Source of the DNA: an uncultured Spirochaetota bacterium
Lineage (GTDB): Bacteria > Spirochaetota > Brevinematia > Brevinematales > JAOACQ01
NCBI GenBank assembly: GCA_963783575.1
Contig: CAWAOD010000009.1
Span: 160,001 to 224,000 of the forward strand
Length of the DNA: 64,000 nucleotides
Direction: 5' to 3'
Positions 1 to 8,977 of this stretch are shown here, one piece after another. Under the pieces are notes generated by a model. It did no database searches and was not told where the DNA came from. It was given only the letters and a program-made list of their open reading frames with translations. Position 1 is the stretch's first letter. Every line of letters begins with the position of its first letter. The translations under genes were made by a program, and so were the position numbers.

Positions 1-849
1 GGCAGGGACATTACTGCAAAGACGCATATTTGAAAGAATATCAAGCCCTTCAATATAGTCGGCCGCCATTTCTTTTTTTCCGCTTATTACCATCCATCCT
101 GCCCGGAACCCTGGAATCCTGTGAGATTTTGAAAGCCCATTCATTGTAATAAACAGGATTTCACCGGATAATGAAGCCGTAGAAGTATGTGTAGCATCAT
201 CATAAAGTATTCTATCGTATATTTCGTCAGAAAACACAATAAGCTTTTTTTCTACTGCAATATCAACTATTTTTTGAAGTATCTCCACCGGATAGACCGA
301 ACCTGTCGGATTATTAGGATTAATTACCACAATACCTTTTGTTTTATCGCTTATTTTCTTTCTGATATCTTCAATGTCCGGAATCCAGTCCTGGCTCTCG
401 TCACAGAAATAATGAACGGCCTTTCCTCCGGCAAGGTTCGCGGCTCCAGTCCAAAGAGGATAGTCAGGCATCGGTACAAGAATTTCGTCCCCGTTATTAA
501 GAAGACCCTGGAGGGCCAAAACGATAAGCTCGCTTACACCGTTGCCTATATAAATATCGCCGACATCCACACCTTCGATGCCCTTAAGCTGGCAGTACTG
601 CATAATGGCCTTCCTGGCCTGAAAAAGACCCTTTGAATCGCAATATCCTTCTGCGTTTTTAATATTAAGAATTACATCATGGATAATCTCATCGGGAGCG
701 GTAATCCCGAATTGGGGCGGATTCCCGGTATTAAGTTTGATTATGGTTGCCCCTTCCTCTTCAAGACGGTTCGCTTCCTGCAAAACAGGTCCCCTGATAT
801 CATAAAATACATTGTCGAGCTTGTTTGATTTTTTAAATTCCCGAACCAT
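1..849 (-). CDS. alaA: PLP-dependent alanine aminotransferase AlaA/YfbQ family (3' end runs off the window)
   Basis: Manual translation of the minus strand from ATG at 849: MVREFKKSNKLDNVFYDIRGPVLQEANRLEEEGATIIKLNTGNP...GYCDSKGLFQARKAI, the characteristic AlaA N-terminus; absent from the ORF track because it is truncated. Confidence 0.9.
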   Translation of the reverse strand, partial: MVREFKKSNKLDNVFYDIRGPVLQEANRLEEEGATIIKLNTGNPPQFGITAPDEIIHDVILNIKNAEGYCDSKGLFQARKAIMQYCQLKGIEGVDVGDIYIGNGVSELIVLALQGLLNNGDEILVPMPDYPLWTGAANLAGGKAVHYFCDESQDWIPDIEDIRKKISDKTKGIVVINPNNPTGSVYPVEILQKIVDIAVEKKLIVFSDEIYDRILYDDATHTSTASLSGEILFITMNGLSKSHRIPGFRAGWMVISGKKEMAADYIEGLDILSNMRLCSNVPA

Positions 850-1027
850 ATAAACCCTCAAATTAAATTTTAACAAATTCTATTCATAACAAAGCATAAC
901 TGCCTCTTTAGAGTGGCAGTATCATATTAACAAATCAGCCAAAGGAATTTATAGTATAATTCAGAATACTTATTTTATCAAAATTTATAGATTATCAGGC
1001 TGTTATTAAAAAAATATTTTTAAAAAC

Positions 1028-1081
1028 TATTGACTGATAATCAGTCAATATGTTATAATATATTTGACTGATCGTCAGTCA
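1028..1081 (+). promoter_or_regulatory. Tandem palindromic operators overlapping the promoter (likely TetR sites)
   Basis: TATTGACTGATAATCAGTCAATA (1028-1050) and TTGACTGATCGTCAGTCA (1064-1081) flank a TATAAT box upstream of a TetR-containing operon. Confidence 0.8.
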
Positions 1082-1109
1082 TTATAATTCTAATTAAAGG
1101 AGAAACAAA

Positions 1110-1577
1110 ATGATCTTTTTAGTTTTGTGGTTATTAGGGATACTTTTAGGGATTGTCACAACTATTATGAACCCGTCATTAAGAACAATGCAATCAATTG
1201 CATATAATCTACTTTTCTATCAAATGACAGTTACCGTAACTTTATCTGGATTGATATGCTTTACAGGCCATGTTTTCAGATCGGATTCAATAGCTGATAA
1301 AAACGGTTGGCCCAGAGGCAGCCTGTTTCAAAAGGAGCTTGGTTTTTCACAATTAGGGTGGGCATTCGCCGGGATTCTTTCAATATGGTATAAAAGCACT
1401 TTATGGATTGCAATTATTGTAATTCTTTGTCCAATGTTTATAGGAGCCGAGGTCATTCATATAATGGATATGTTTAAGAACAAAAATCTCAAACCCGGTA
1501 ATCCGCTAATAATTTTTGCGGATTTAATAATTCCCTTAACATTGATCGTCCTATCGGTTTTTGCAAAAATATGGTAG
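1110..1577 (+). CDS. Four-helix membrane protein (DUF6790-like)
   Basis: AAGGAG RBS; hydrophobic helices; GWPxGSLFQKELGF motif. Confidence 0.65.
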   Translation: MIFLVLWLLGILLGIVTTIMNPSLRTMQSIAYNLLFYQMTVTVTLSGLICFTGHVFRSDSIADKNGWPRGSLFQKELGFSQLGWAFAGILSIWYKSTLWIAIIVILCPMFIGAEVIHIMDMFKNKNLKPGNPLIIFADLIIPLTLIVLSVFAKIW

Positions 1578-1600
1578 TTTTTCAATAAAAGGAGATTCTT

Positions 1601-2236
1601 ATGTCAAGAACAACAAAAGATCCTGAGGAAAGAAGGAATGAAATTCTGGATACGGCTCAAAGGCTTTTTATAGAAAAAGGGTTTATTCAAACTTCGGTTA
1701 GTGAAATTGTAAAGGAAATCGGCGTTGCCCAGGGAACATTCTATTATTATTTCAAAACCAAAGAGGATATCTTAGATGCGATTATTGACCGCTATATTAA
1801 TGAAATTACAGTAGAGGCCGAATCCTGTTTGAATAACCCCGATTGGGATATAAAGCAAAAAATGGAGAATATAATTATTTCAGAAATAAAAATAGTGAGT
1901 AAGAACAATAGTTACCTGCACAGGATTCAATCGGCGGATATTCACACCCGTATGCTGACTGTGATGGTCAAAAAATTGACGCCTGTTTATGCCCGGATCA
2001 TCGAAGAAGGTATTCAATCGGGAATCTGGAAAACAGATTATCCGCAGGAATTCGCGGAATCCATGCTGGTATCATCGCACATTCTTTTTGATCCGGGATT
2101 GTTTCACAGGACAAAAGAGGAGTTTGAAAGGTGTATTTTAGCATGGCGAGATTCGATGGAAAAAACACTTGGTATGGAAAAAGGGTGGATGGATAGCCTT
2201 AAAAATATTTTTTTTCAGATATATAAAAGGCTCTAA
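1601..2236 (+). CDS. TetR/AcrR family regulator
   Basis: N-terminal HTH TSVSEIVKEIGVAQGTFYYYFKTKEDIL. Confidence 0.95.
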   Translation: MSRTTKDPEERRNEILDTAQRLFIEKGFIQTSVSEIVKEIGVAQGTFYYYFKTKEDILDAIIDRYINEITVEAESCLNNPDWDIKQKMENIIISEIKIVSKNNSYLHRIQSADIHTRMLTVMVKKLTPVYARIIEEGIQSGIWKTDYPQEFAESMLVSSHILFDPGLFHRTKEEFERCILAWRDSMEKTLGMEKGWMDSLKNIFFQIYKRL

Positions 2237-2267
2237 CATAAAAAAAATAATAAAAGAGGGATCATCT

Positions 2268-3833
2268 ATGGAAGATAGGCATTCTTTACTTGGCAATGAA
2301 AGCATAACCAGGCTCATTGTAAAATTTTCAATCCCGGCGGTCGCAGGGATGACCGTCACCGCACTTTATAACGTTATCGACAGGATATTTGTAGGACGGG
2401 GGGTTGGATCCGACGCCTTATCTGGCGTTGTGCTGACCTTTCCGATTATGATGATCATACTGGGATTTTCGCTTTTAATTTCCGTTGGAACGGCTTCAAT
2501 GGTTTCTATAAAATTAGGTCAGAAAAAGAAAGACGAGGCGGAGGATATTATCGGTAATGCTTTTGCCCTGTCCATGGCATTGGGAATCATCCTGTCGGCG
2601 GTTTGCCTGGTATTTATGAAGCCGGTACTCATTGCTTTTGGCGGTGAAGGAACTCCTCTCCTTTATGCCGAGCAGTTTATGCAGGTAGCGCTTTTTTCGA
2701 TTGTCTTCCAGATGATCGGTTTTACATTGAACGGAGCTATCCGTTCCGAAGGAAACGCGATGATTGCATTATTGACTTTAGTAATAGGGAATGCCATCAA
2801 CCTGATTTTGAACCCATTATTCATATTTGTCCTGCACCTTGGAGTTAGAGGTTCTTCCCTTGCCACACTTATATCCCAGATTGTAACTTCAGCCTGGACA
2901 TTCTTCTATTTTGCAAATAAAAAAAGCCTGCTGCGTCTCAGGATAAGGAACCTCCGGCTCAAACCCATTATCTTGAAGGAAATCCTGTCCATAGGACTTG
3001 CGCCATTTATTTTACAAAATGCTTTAAGCCTGATGTTGATCATATCGAACATTGTATTTAAGAAATTTGGAAATGGAGAAGGCCTTGCGGTTGTCGGAAT
3101 AATTATGGTAATCAGTATGCTGTTTAACCAGGTAGTTACAGGCATGCAGCGTGGAATTCAGCCTATTATAGGCTATAATTACGGGGCAAAAAATTTTACA
3201 CGGGTAAAAAAGACAATGGAACTCTCCATTATAATCACTACAATGATATGTTCCATCGGTTTTATTCCCATATTCTTTTTCAGCCGCGAAATCATATCTT
3301 TATTTACTGAACAAAGAACAGTTTTATCATTATTTGGCCCTCCGGGGCTGAAATATGCTCTTATAACCCTCCCTCTCCTCGGTTTTTTGACAATAGGGAG
3401 CGGCTATTTTACATCCGTAGGGAAATTTAAGCAGGCTCTATTTATTATTATAATCCGCCAGGCGGCCATTATAATTCTGCTGTTGATTCTTCCCGGATAT
3501 TTCGGTTTTTATGGCGGTATAACCGCATATCCTCTGGCAGATTTAATAACAACCGCCATAACAGCTCTTATGATGGCTATTGAATGGAGAAATCTCAAAG
3601 TAAACAGCGATAATACAGAAAAGCAAGAGAAAATGACCATTAATAAAGTATTCTCAAGGCAGCGCCTTGAGATATTAAAGTCAGAACAACTGGAAGCATC
3701 TTCTAGTGGAAAAGCAGCAGAGCTATACGAAACTTTGTTGCGTAAGGAATCTACGCCTGGGACAAGCAGCCTGCCTGGCCTGCCTACGCCGGGATTTCCG
3801 GCAGGTAGACGGCAGACAGGTCACGCTTGTTAA
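2268..3833 (+). CDS. MATE family efflux transporter (MepA-like) with repeat-derived C-terminal tail
   Basis: Start MEDRHSLLG after GAGGG RBS; FSIPAVAGM...LYNVIDRIFVG and QPIIGYNYGAKN motifs; about 12 TM segments. Confidence 0.92.
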   Translation: MEDRHSLLGNESITRLIVKFSIPAVAGMTVTALYNVIDRIFVGRGVGSDALSGVVLTFPIMMIILGFSLLISVGTASMVSIKLGQKKKDEAEDIIGNAFALSMALGIILSAVCLVFMKPVLIAFGGEGTPLLYAEQFMQVALFSIVFQMIGFTLNGAIRSEGNAMIALLTLVIGNAINLILNPLFIFVLHLGVRGSSLATLISQIVTSAWTFFYFANKKSLLRLRIRNLRLKPIILKEILSIGLAPFILQNALSLMLIISNIVFKKFGNGEGLAVVGIIMVISMLFNQVVTGMQRGIQPIIGYNYGAKNFTRVKKTMELSIIITTMICSIGFIPIFFFSREIISLFTEQRTVLSLFGPPGLKYALITLPLLGFLTIGSGYFTSVGKFKQALFIIIIRQAAIIILLLILPGYFGFYGGITAYPLADLITTAITALMMAIEWRNLKVNSDNTEKQEKMTINKVFSRQRLEILKSEQLEASSSGKAAELYETLLRKESTPGTSSLPGLPTPGFPAGRRQTGHAC

Positions 3834-3835
3834 AC
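3641..3835. repeat. Dispersed REP-like composite repeat, copy A
   Basis: Shares AACTTTGTTGCGTAAGGAATCTA (3731-3753) and GGTCACGCTTGTTAAA (3819-3834) exactly with 58660-58682 and 58719-58734. Confidence 0.8.
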
Positions 3836-3851
3836 CGGAGGAGGAAACAAT

Positions 3852-4700
3852 ATGAAAGCAATGACCGGAATTTTTATGTTATTCATTATCACAGGGTGCG
3901 GAATTGGAAAAGCTGAATACCCGCCTTTAAAATTGTACGATAAAATATCGATCCCCGATGGAGAATATTTACAATACGGGAAATATATCGGCGGAGAAAA
4001 AAACGTAACAATTTATTATGTTACCCGGCTGGATAATAATTCCAATCATGAACCTGAAGCCAGGATTTATGGTCAAGCGATCAGAGTTAACAGTAATGAT
4101 AAGCTTCCTGACAATTATAAAGATTATTCTTCAATTGATGTAATCTCTTTACAGACAGGATCTTTAACAGAGCAAATTGTTGATAACTCAATAATCACAA
4201 ATGATTATAAATACTTAAATGATCCATCTAAATTCAAAGGGGAATTTTATCATCATTACCTGCTAAAGGACGGCACAATATATTATGAATACCGTATTTT
4301 AAAAGGCAATGAGATTATGAACACAGCATTCAGGGAGACTGTTAAAAAAGATTATCCCACCTGGGATCTTTATAGTTTCTCGACTTTTTCTTTCAGGTAC
4401 CTGGATATATCTAAAGAGGGAATCTTGTATCTTGTTATGCCAACTATCATAAAGGATCCAATACCTGGGTATTTCAAGGTTATAGGTAAAGAGAAAATAA
4501 AAACCGGATTTAAAGAATTTGATGCCGTTAAACTCGGTGTAGTAGCCTCCGACCCATTCCTTGGAAAGCTTATGGAGTCCTATAGCAAGGATACATTTCT
4601 ATGGTTTGAAGATTCTGATAGAAGGGTTCTTTTGAAAATGCAGTCTGCCGGGATAACGCTGGAGATAGAAATGATCTCAAATGTGATTTCAAATATTTAA
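3852..4700 (+). CDS. Lipoprotein, DUF3108-like
   Basis: GGAGG RBS; lipobox ITGC; C-terminal VIGKEKIKTGFKEFDAVKL...LWF...RRVLLK pattern. Confidence 0.6.
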   Translation: MKAMTGIFMLFIITGCGIGKAEYPPLKLYDKISIPDGEYLQYGKYIGGEKNVTIYYVTRLDNNSNHEPEARIYGQAIRVNSNDKLPDNYKDYSSIDVISLQTGSLTEQIVDNSIITNDYKYLNDPSKFKGEFYHHYLLKDGTIYYEYRILKGNEIMNTAFRETVKKDYPTWDLYSFSTFSFRYLDISKEGILYLVMPTIIKDPIPGYFKVIGKEKIKTGFKEFDAVKLGVVASDPFLGKLMESYSKDTFLWFEDSDRRVLLKMQSAGITLEIEMISNVISNI

Positions 4701-4748
4701 AAAGAAAACATTTCTAACTGATTGAAATACAAAATAAAGGAGTTTATT

Positions 4749-5561
4749 ATGAGTAAAGCAGAGATTTATTATTTTTCAGGCACTGGAAATTCATTATACG
4801 CAGCTAAAGAACTGCAAAGGAATATTCCTGAATGCGAATTAATCCCCATATTGGGAGCTTTAAGAAATTCTACTTTTGAATCAAAAGCGGAAATAGCCGG
4901 ATTTGTTTTACCGAATTATGTCCGTACAATACCCGGGCCAGTCCGGAAATTCCTTAAAAAAATAAATTTAAAGACCGCATCCTATGTATTTGCGGTTGTT
5001 ACTGCGGGCGGTTCCCCGTCAACAGTCTGCAAAGACATAAACAAAATTATCTCAGGAAAAGGAAAACAGCTGAATGCCTATTTTGAACTGGAGATGCCCA
5101 ATAATTCCTTAATTTTTCATGGGGAAGATACCCCTGAAGAAATAAAAAGACTGGTAACGGGAGCAGGGAAAAAACTGGGATCCATACAAAAAACAATTTT
5201 GAACCGGGGAAAAAACATTGATCAAAGTTCTGAAAGCAATTCCATAAAGGAAAAAATCCTATTTTCAATATTGGGTAAGCTGGTAGTTCCGCTATTCGGC
5301 GAAAAAATGATCTCTTTTTACTCCGATTCCAATTGCAGCAGTTGTGGAATTTGCGAAAAAGTCTGTTTATCGGGCAAGATTGCCATTAAAGACAGAAAGC
5401 CTGAATGGCAGAAAAATGTTAAGTGCATGTACTGTTTTGCCTGTATCAATTTCTGCCCTGTTCAATCCATTCAAATAAAAAAATCAAAAACAAATGTTCT
5501 TGGAAGGTATCATCATCCGGAGATAACAGCAAAGGAAATTGCCGGGCAAAAATTAATTTGA
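4749..5561 (+). CDS. EFR1-family flavodoxin/ferredoxin fusion
   Basis: YFSGTGNS flavodoxin motif plus two CxxCxxCxxxC 4Fe-4S motifs. Confidence 0.92.
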   Translation: MSKAEIYYFSGTGNSLYAAKELQRNIPECELIPILGALRNSTFESKAEIAGFVLPNYVRTIPGPVRKFLKKINLKTASYVFAVVTAGGSPSTVCKDINKIISGKGKQLNAYFELEMPNNSLIFHGEDTPEEIKRLVTGAGKKLGSIQKTILNRGKNIDQSSESNSIKEKILFSILGKLVVPLFGEKMISFYSDSNCSSCGICEKVCLSGKIAIKDRKPEWQKNVKCMYCFACINFCPVQSIQIKKSKTNVLGRYHHPEITAKEIAGQKLI

Positions 5562-5581
5562 ATTCATCCAAAGATAATTTA

Positions 5582-6037
5582 TTATACTAATTCTTTTAAT
5601 TGCAGGTAAGTAATTCTTGGGAAAAAACCATATTTACTATAAAATTTAAAAACCGATTCATGCCCCTCTGCAACAGCGACCATGATTTTTGTACAGTTAT
5701 TGGCTTTTAACCAATTTATGCTATTTTCAACCAATTTCCCGCCATAACCGTATTTTCTATATTCCTGATCAATGAATAATGAATCTATCTCGCCAACATT
5801 TTTTTCAATTGTTGAAATACAATAGCCAACCGGAGTATTATTATTAACAATCAACTCAATTCTAATATTACCGCTATCCAGTTCATCAAACTTTTCACAT
5901 CTTTTTTCAAAAGTAAAACTTTTATAGTGCCCCTTAAAAAATTTGGAATCTTTTAAATGAATTTCATTTAATTTTTCCCAAAGAGCTTTTATTTCACCAA
6001 TTTTTATTTTTTCAATAACTTTGAATTCACAATTCAT
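5582..6037 (-). CDS. GNAT family N-acetyltransferase
   Basis: GEIDSLFIDQEYRKYGYGGKL motif A; FYSKYGF. Confidence 0.9.
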   Translation of the reverse strand: MNCEFKVIEKIKIGEIKALWEKLNEIHLKDSKFFKGHYKSFTFEKRCEKFDELDSGNIRIELIVNNNTPVGYCISTIEKNVGEIDSLFIDQEYRKYGYGGKLVENSINWLKANNCTKIMVAVAEGHESVFKFYSKYGFFPRITYLQLKELV

Positions 6038-6218
6038 AAAAAATATCCTTTTTATTTGATCATAATTACCCGGCAATACTTTACAATAAATAAATATAAA
6101 AATCAAATCCTGAAATTAAGAATTAAAGTTGCCGGATTAAATTATTTTATCAACTATTGACAAACATTCTTTTATATGTTACACTATTAGTATAATTAAT
6201 TATATTATAGGTGTAAAT

Positions 6219-6857
6219 ATGGGAAGAAAAGAAAGAACCATTGAACAGAAAAAAATCTGTGAAAAAGATATTTTAGATGCTGCCGAACGGAGGCTTTTCC
6301 AATCGGGTTTTGAAAATACTACAATGGAAGAGATTGCAATCGAAGCAAACTATACAAAGCGTTCTCTTTATTTCTATTTCAAAAGCAAGGAAGAAATCTA
6401 TCTTAGCATTATTACCCGGGGTTTCAAGATATTAAATATAAGCATAGAAGTTGTCAACAGAGCTTCTGTGGCAAAAGGAATAGAAAAGGTCAGGAAACTT
6501 GGCGAAGCTTATTACGCTTTTTACAAGCAATATACAAACTATTTTCGCTTGATCGCAGAATACGAAAACCGTGAACAGGATTTTTCAGGAGATAATCCAA
6601 TCATAAGCGAATGCTATACCGAAGGTGAAAAAAGCATCGGCATGCTGAAGACTGCTCTTGAGGAAGGAATCCTTGACGGCAGTATTCGAAACGGGATCGA
6701 TGTAAAAATGATGGCCTTTCTTTTATGGGGGCAGTTCAACGGAGTCATATCAATCATAGCTCACAAAAAACATTACATAGAAGCTTATTACCGTAAAAAT
6801 GACGAAGAAATAATGCGGGTTTTATCGGATATAATTGAAAGAATTCTTAAACAATAG
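6219..6857 (+). CDS. TetR/AcrR family regulator
   Basis: HTH TTMEEIAIEANYTKRSLYFYFKSKEEIY. Confidence 0.93.
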   Translation: MGRKERTIEQKKICEKDILDAAERRLFQSGFENTTMEEIAIEANYTKRSLYFYFKSKEEIYLSIITRGFKILNISIEVVNRASVAKGIEKVRKLGEAYYAFYKQYTNYFRLIAEYENREQDFSGDNPIISECYTEGEKSIGMLKTALEEGILDGSIRNGIDVKMMAFLLWGQFNGVISIIAHKKHYIEAYYRKNDEEIMRVLSDIIERILKQ

Positions 6858-6865
6858 AGGAAAAT

Positions 6866-7680
6866 ATGATTAGAATTACATTGTTAATTATTCTATTTAA
6901 CTTATTCTCGTCATTTACTTTTACACAATCTGTAGAAAAAGGATTTTTCTTATACCAGGGATTGGCCGGATTGGATTATCCAATGGGAATTCAAAGTGAT
7001 ACGGCTGTTTATTACCGTATTCCCACAGGTGAAAGTGAAGAGATGCTTTTTAAGACCGCTCATACGGATATTGGAATTGAAAATTGGCTTACCCCAACGG
7101 ATAATTTTCTGGCCCTATATTGCAAACTTGAGCCCATCGCATTCTTTGATCTTGTGTTCCGTAGCGGTTATGACGGTATTTTTAATTTTACCGGCGTGGG
7201 TTTTCAGCCGGTAAGCGGGCCCGGCGAGCCTTATGATTCGGAATCGGCTGTGAAACTGCCCATGAAAACCGGTCCGGATTATGGGGAATGATTACCCCGG
7301 AATTAAAAATCAAATTCTGGAATATCATTCTCACACATTCGTTTACAATTAACTATTTCAATATGTTTTATCCCGGATATTTTATTGAATTCCATACCGA
7401 TTCAATCCTTCATGGTGAAGATATTAATCTGCAAAACGATACATACGGATTTTACGAATTTAACCGGCAATTACTATTGGGTTTTAATCACTATTATCTC
7501 TATGTACCAAGCACCGGATATGCCTCGCAGAGACTTTCCGCAGCGGCGGTCTTTAAACCCGGGCTGAGTTGTTTTTATGATGCTTTCCTTGCTGCTCTTG
7601 CCGGCAGTTATCTTCAGGATCACAGCTACACCGGCAAGTTTTTCCTGCTTATTCAGGGTGGCTTTACTATAAAGTTATAA
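6866..7680 (+). CDS. Exported (possibly outer-membrane beta-rich) protein, split by a one-base deletion near 7260
   Basis: Signal peptide in ORF 6866-7291; adding one C in CTGCCCATG gives a continuous ...KLPHENRSGLWGMITPELKIKF... into ORF 7288-7680, which ends GGFTIKL. Confidence 0.6.
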
Positions 7681-7699
7681 AGGAGGTGGTATGATAAAA

Positions 7700-7870
7700 A
7701 AGGTTGAAAAATAAAAGAGCCCGCATCAAAATAGATGAGGGCTCTGAATAGGACAAAGATCGAATCAATTTGTGGGGATAAACCCCGTTAGGAGTATGAT
7801 CGAATCCTTGTCCGAACCACCATTTTGAGGATAAACCTCGTATTGGAGTATGGTAATTTTTCAACCGGAT
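7700..7870 (+). ncRNA. Putative IS110 bridge RNA (5' hairpin plus two related internal loops)
   Basis: Closing stem GGTTGAAAAAT/ATTTTTCAACC; hairpin AGAGCCCGCATC/GATGAGGGCTCT; two parallel loops ATC-AATTTGT-GGGG ATAAA CCCC-GTTAGGAGTAT-GAT and ACC-ACCATTTT-GAGG ATAAA CCTC-GTATTGGAGTAT-GGT. Confidence 0.75.
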
Positions 7871-7922
7871 TAATATACCACTAAAAGATTCAGGCCTCCC
7901 AAATAAATTAGGGAGAAAAACG

Positions 7923-8933
7923 ATGGACGCAAAAAAGTGGATCGGAATTGATATCCACAAAAAGCAAATTACCGTTTGCATTATTATAGAAAACGGTAAA
8001 AAATCAATCAAGCAATATGAGAGAAATGAAAAAGAATTAGCGGAATTTGAGAAAGAGATTGACAAAGAAACGATAATCGGGATTGAATCGACAAACTGGA
8101 CATGGGATTTAATCAAACGGTTAAAAGATAAAGTAAAAGATGCGGTTATTTTCAATACTATTGATTTAAAAAGATTAATGGATCGATTTAAAAAAACAGA
8201 CAAGGAAGATGCAGAAAGAATGGCGATTATATTACAAAGATTTGAAAAAGAAGAGCTAAGTACCTGTCAGATAAGAAGCGACGAAGACGCTGAAATAAGA
8301 GGATTATTATCTGTGAGGGAAGAAATGGTTAGCAATAAGAAAAGCTATAAGACAAAGATAATAGCGATGATGGAGTATTGGGGGATTAAAACCGGAGACA
8401 AAATGTTCAACAATTTTGAAAAGAACACAAACTGGGTCAAAGAACAAAACATACCTGAGAGTATAAAGAGAGCCGTAATCCAGATGTATGTTATGTTAGA
8501 AAATCTCAAAGAAGACATTAAGGTACTGGATAAAGAAACAGAAGCCTTAAGCATAAAGAGACCCGGATATAATGAGATTAAAGAATTAACGGGAATAGGC
8601 ACAACAACCGGCGTATACATCATAACGAAGGTAGGCAATATAGACCGCTTTAGTACCTCAAAAAAATTTGTATCATATATGGGATTAGCACCAAGAGTTA
8701 GTGAAAGTGACGGAAAAGGAACAAATGGTCAAATTACACGAAAAGTAGACGGTGCTTTTTTAAGGGTCATAGTACAAGCAGCCTGGGTTCGTGTGAGATA
8801 TGATAAAGAAATGAAATCGTTTTATGAGAATATTCGAACAAGAAGAGGAAAACAAAAAGCGATCATTGCAGTAGCGAGAAAAATTATTGTGGAAGTATAT
8901 TATAAGTTGTTGAATCTGAAATCTGAGGCTTGA
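7923..8933 (+). CDS. IS110 family transposase/bridge recombinase
   Basis: IGIDIHK, GIEST and KTDKEDA (DEDD RuvC-like domain); GIGTTTG HhH; YMGLAPRVSESDG catalytic Ser loop; KAIIAVARK. Confidence 0.96.
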   Translation: MDAKKWIGIDIHKKQITVCIIIENGKKSIKQYERNEKELAEFEKEIDKETIIGIESTNWTWDLIKRLKDKVKDAVIFNTIDLKRLMDRFKKTDKEDAERMAIILQRFEKEELSTCQIRSDEDAEIRGLLSVREEMVSNKKSYKTKIIAMMEYWGIKTGDKMFNNFEKNTNWVKEQNIPESIKRAVIQMYVMLENLKEDIKVLDKETEALSIKRPGYNEIKELTGIGTTTGVYIITKVGNIDRFSTSKKFVSYMGLAPRVSESDGKGTNGQITRKVDGAFLRVIVQAAWVRVRYDKEMKSFYENIRTRRGKQKAIIAVARKIIVEVYYKLLNLKSEA

Positions 8934-8948
8934 ATCTTAAAATAAAAC

Positions 8949-8977
8949 TTGACAAATTACATAGGAGAAATTATGAT
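8949..8977 (+). promoter_or_regulatory. Hybrid sigma70 promoter at the IS right junction
   Basis: TTGACA (8949-8954, IS-encoded) - 17 bp - TATGAT (8972-8977, target-encoded). Confidence 0.65.

Larger units (their letters stand above)
7681..8967 (+). mobile_element. IS110-family insertion sequence, complete
   Basis: AGGAG at both junctions (7681-7685, 8963-8967); long structured left non-coding end; DEDD recombinase; right end carries TTGACA. Confidence 0.92.

Noticed and set aside
187..636. 149-aa plus-strand ORF
   Set aside because: Antisense shadow of alaA on the minus strand
3715..3835. Known riboswitch (THF, cobalamin, c-di-GMP) or SRP RNA
   Set aside because: Only short chance-like matches; the second copy has no downstream gene in the same orientation
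7667..8203. 178-aa minus-strand ORF across the IS110 left end
   Set aside because: Antisense to the transposase and structured RNA; no RBS or recognisable motif
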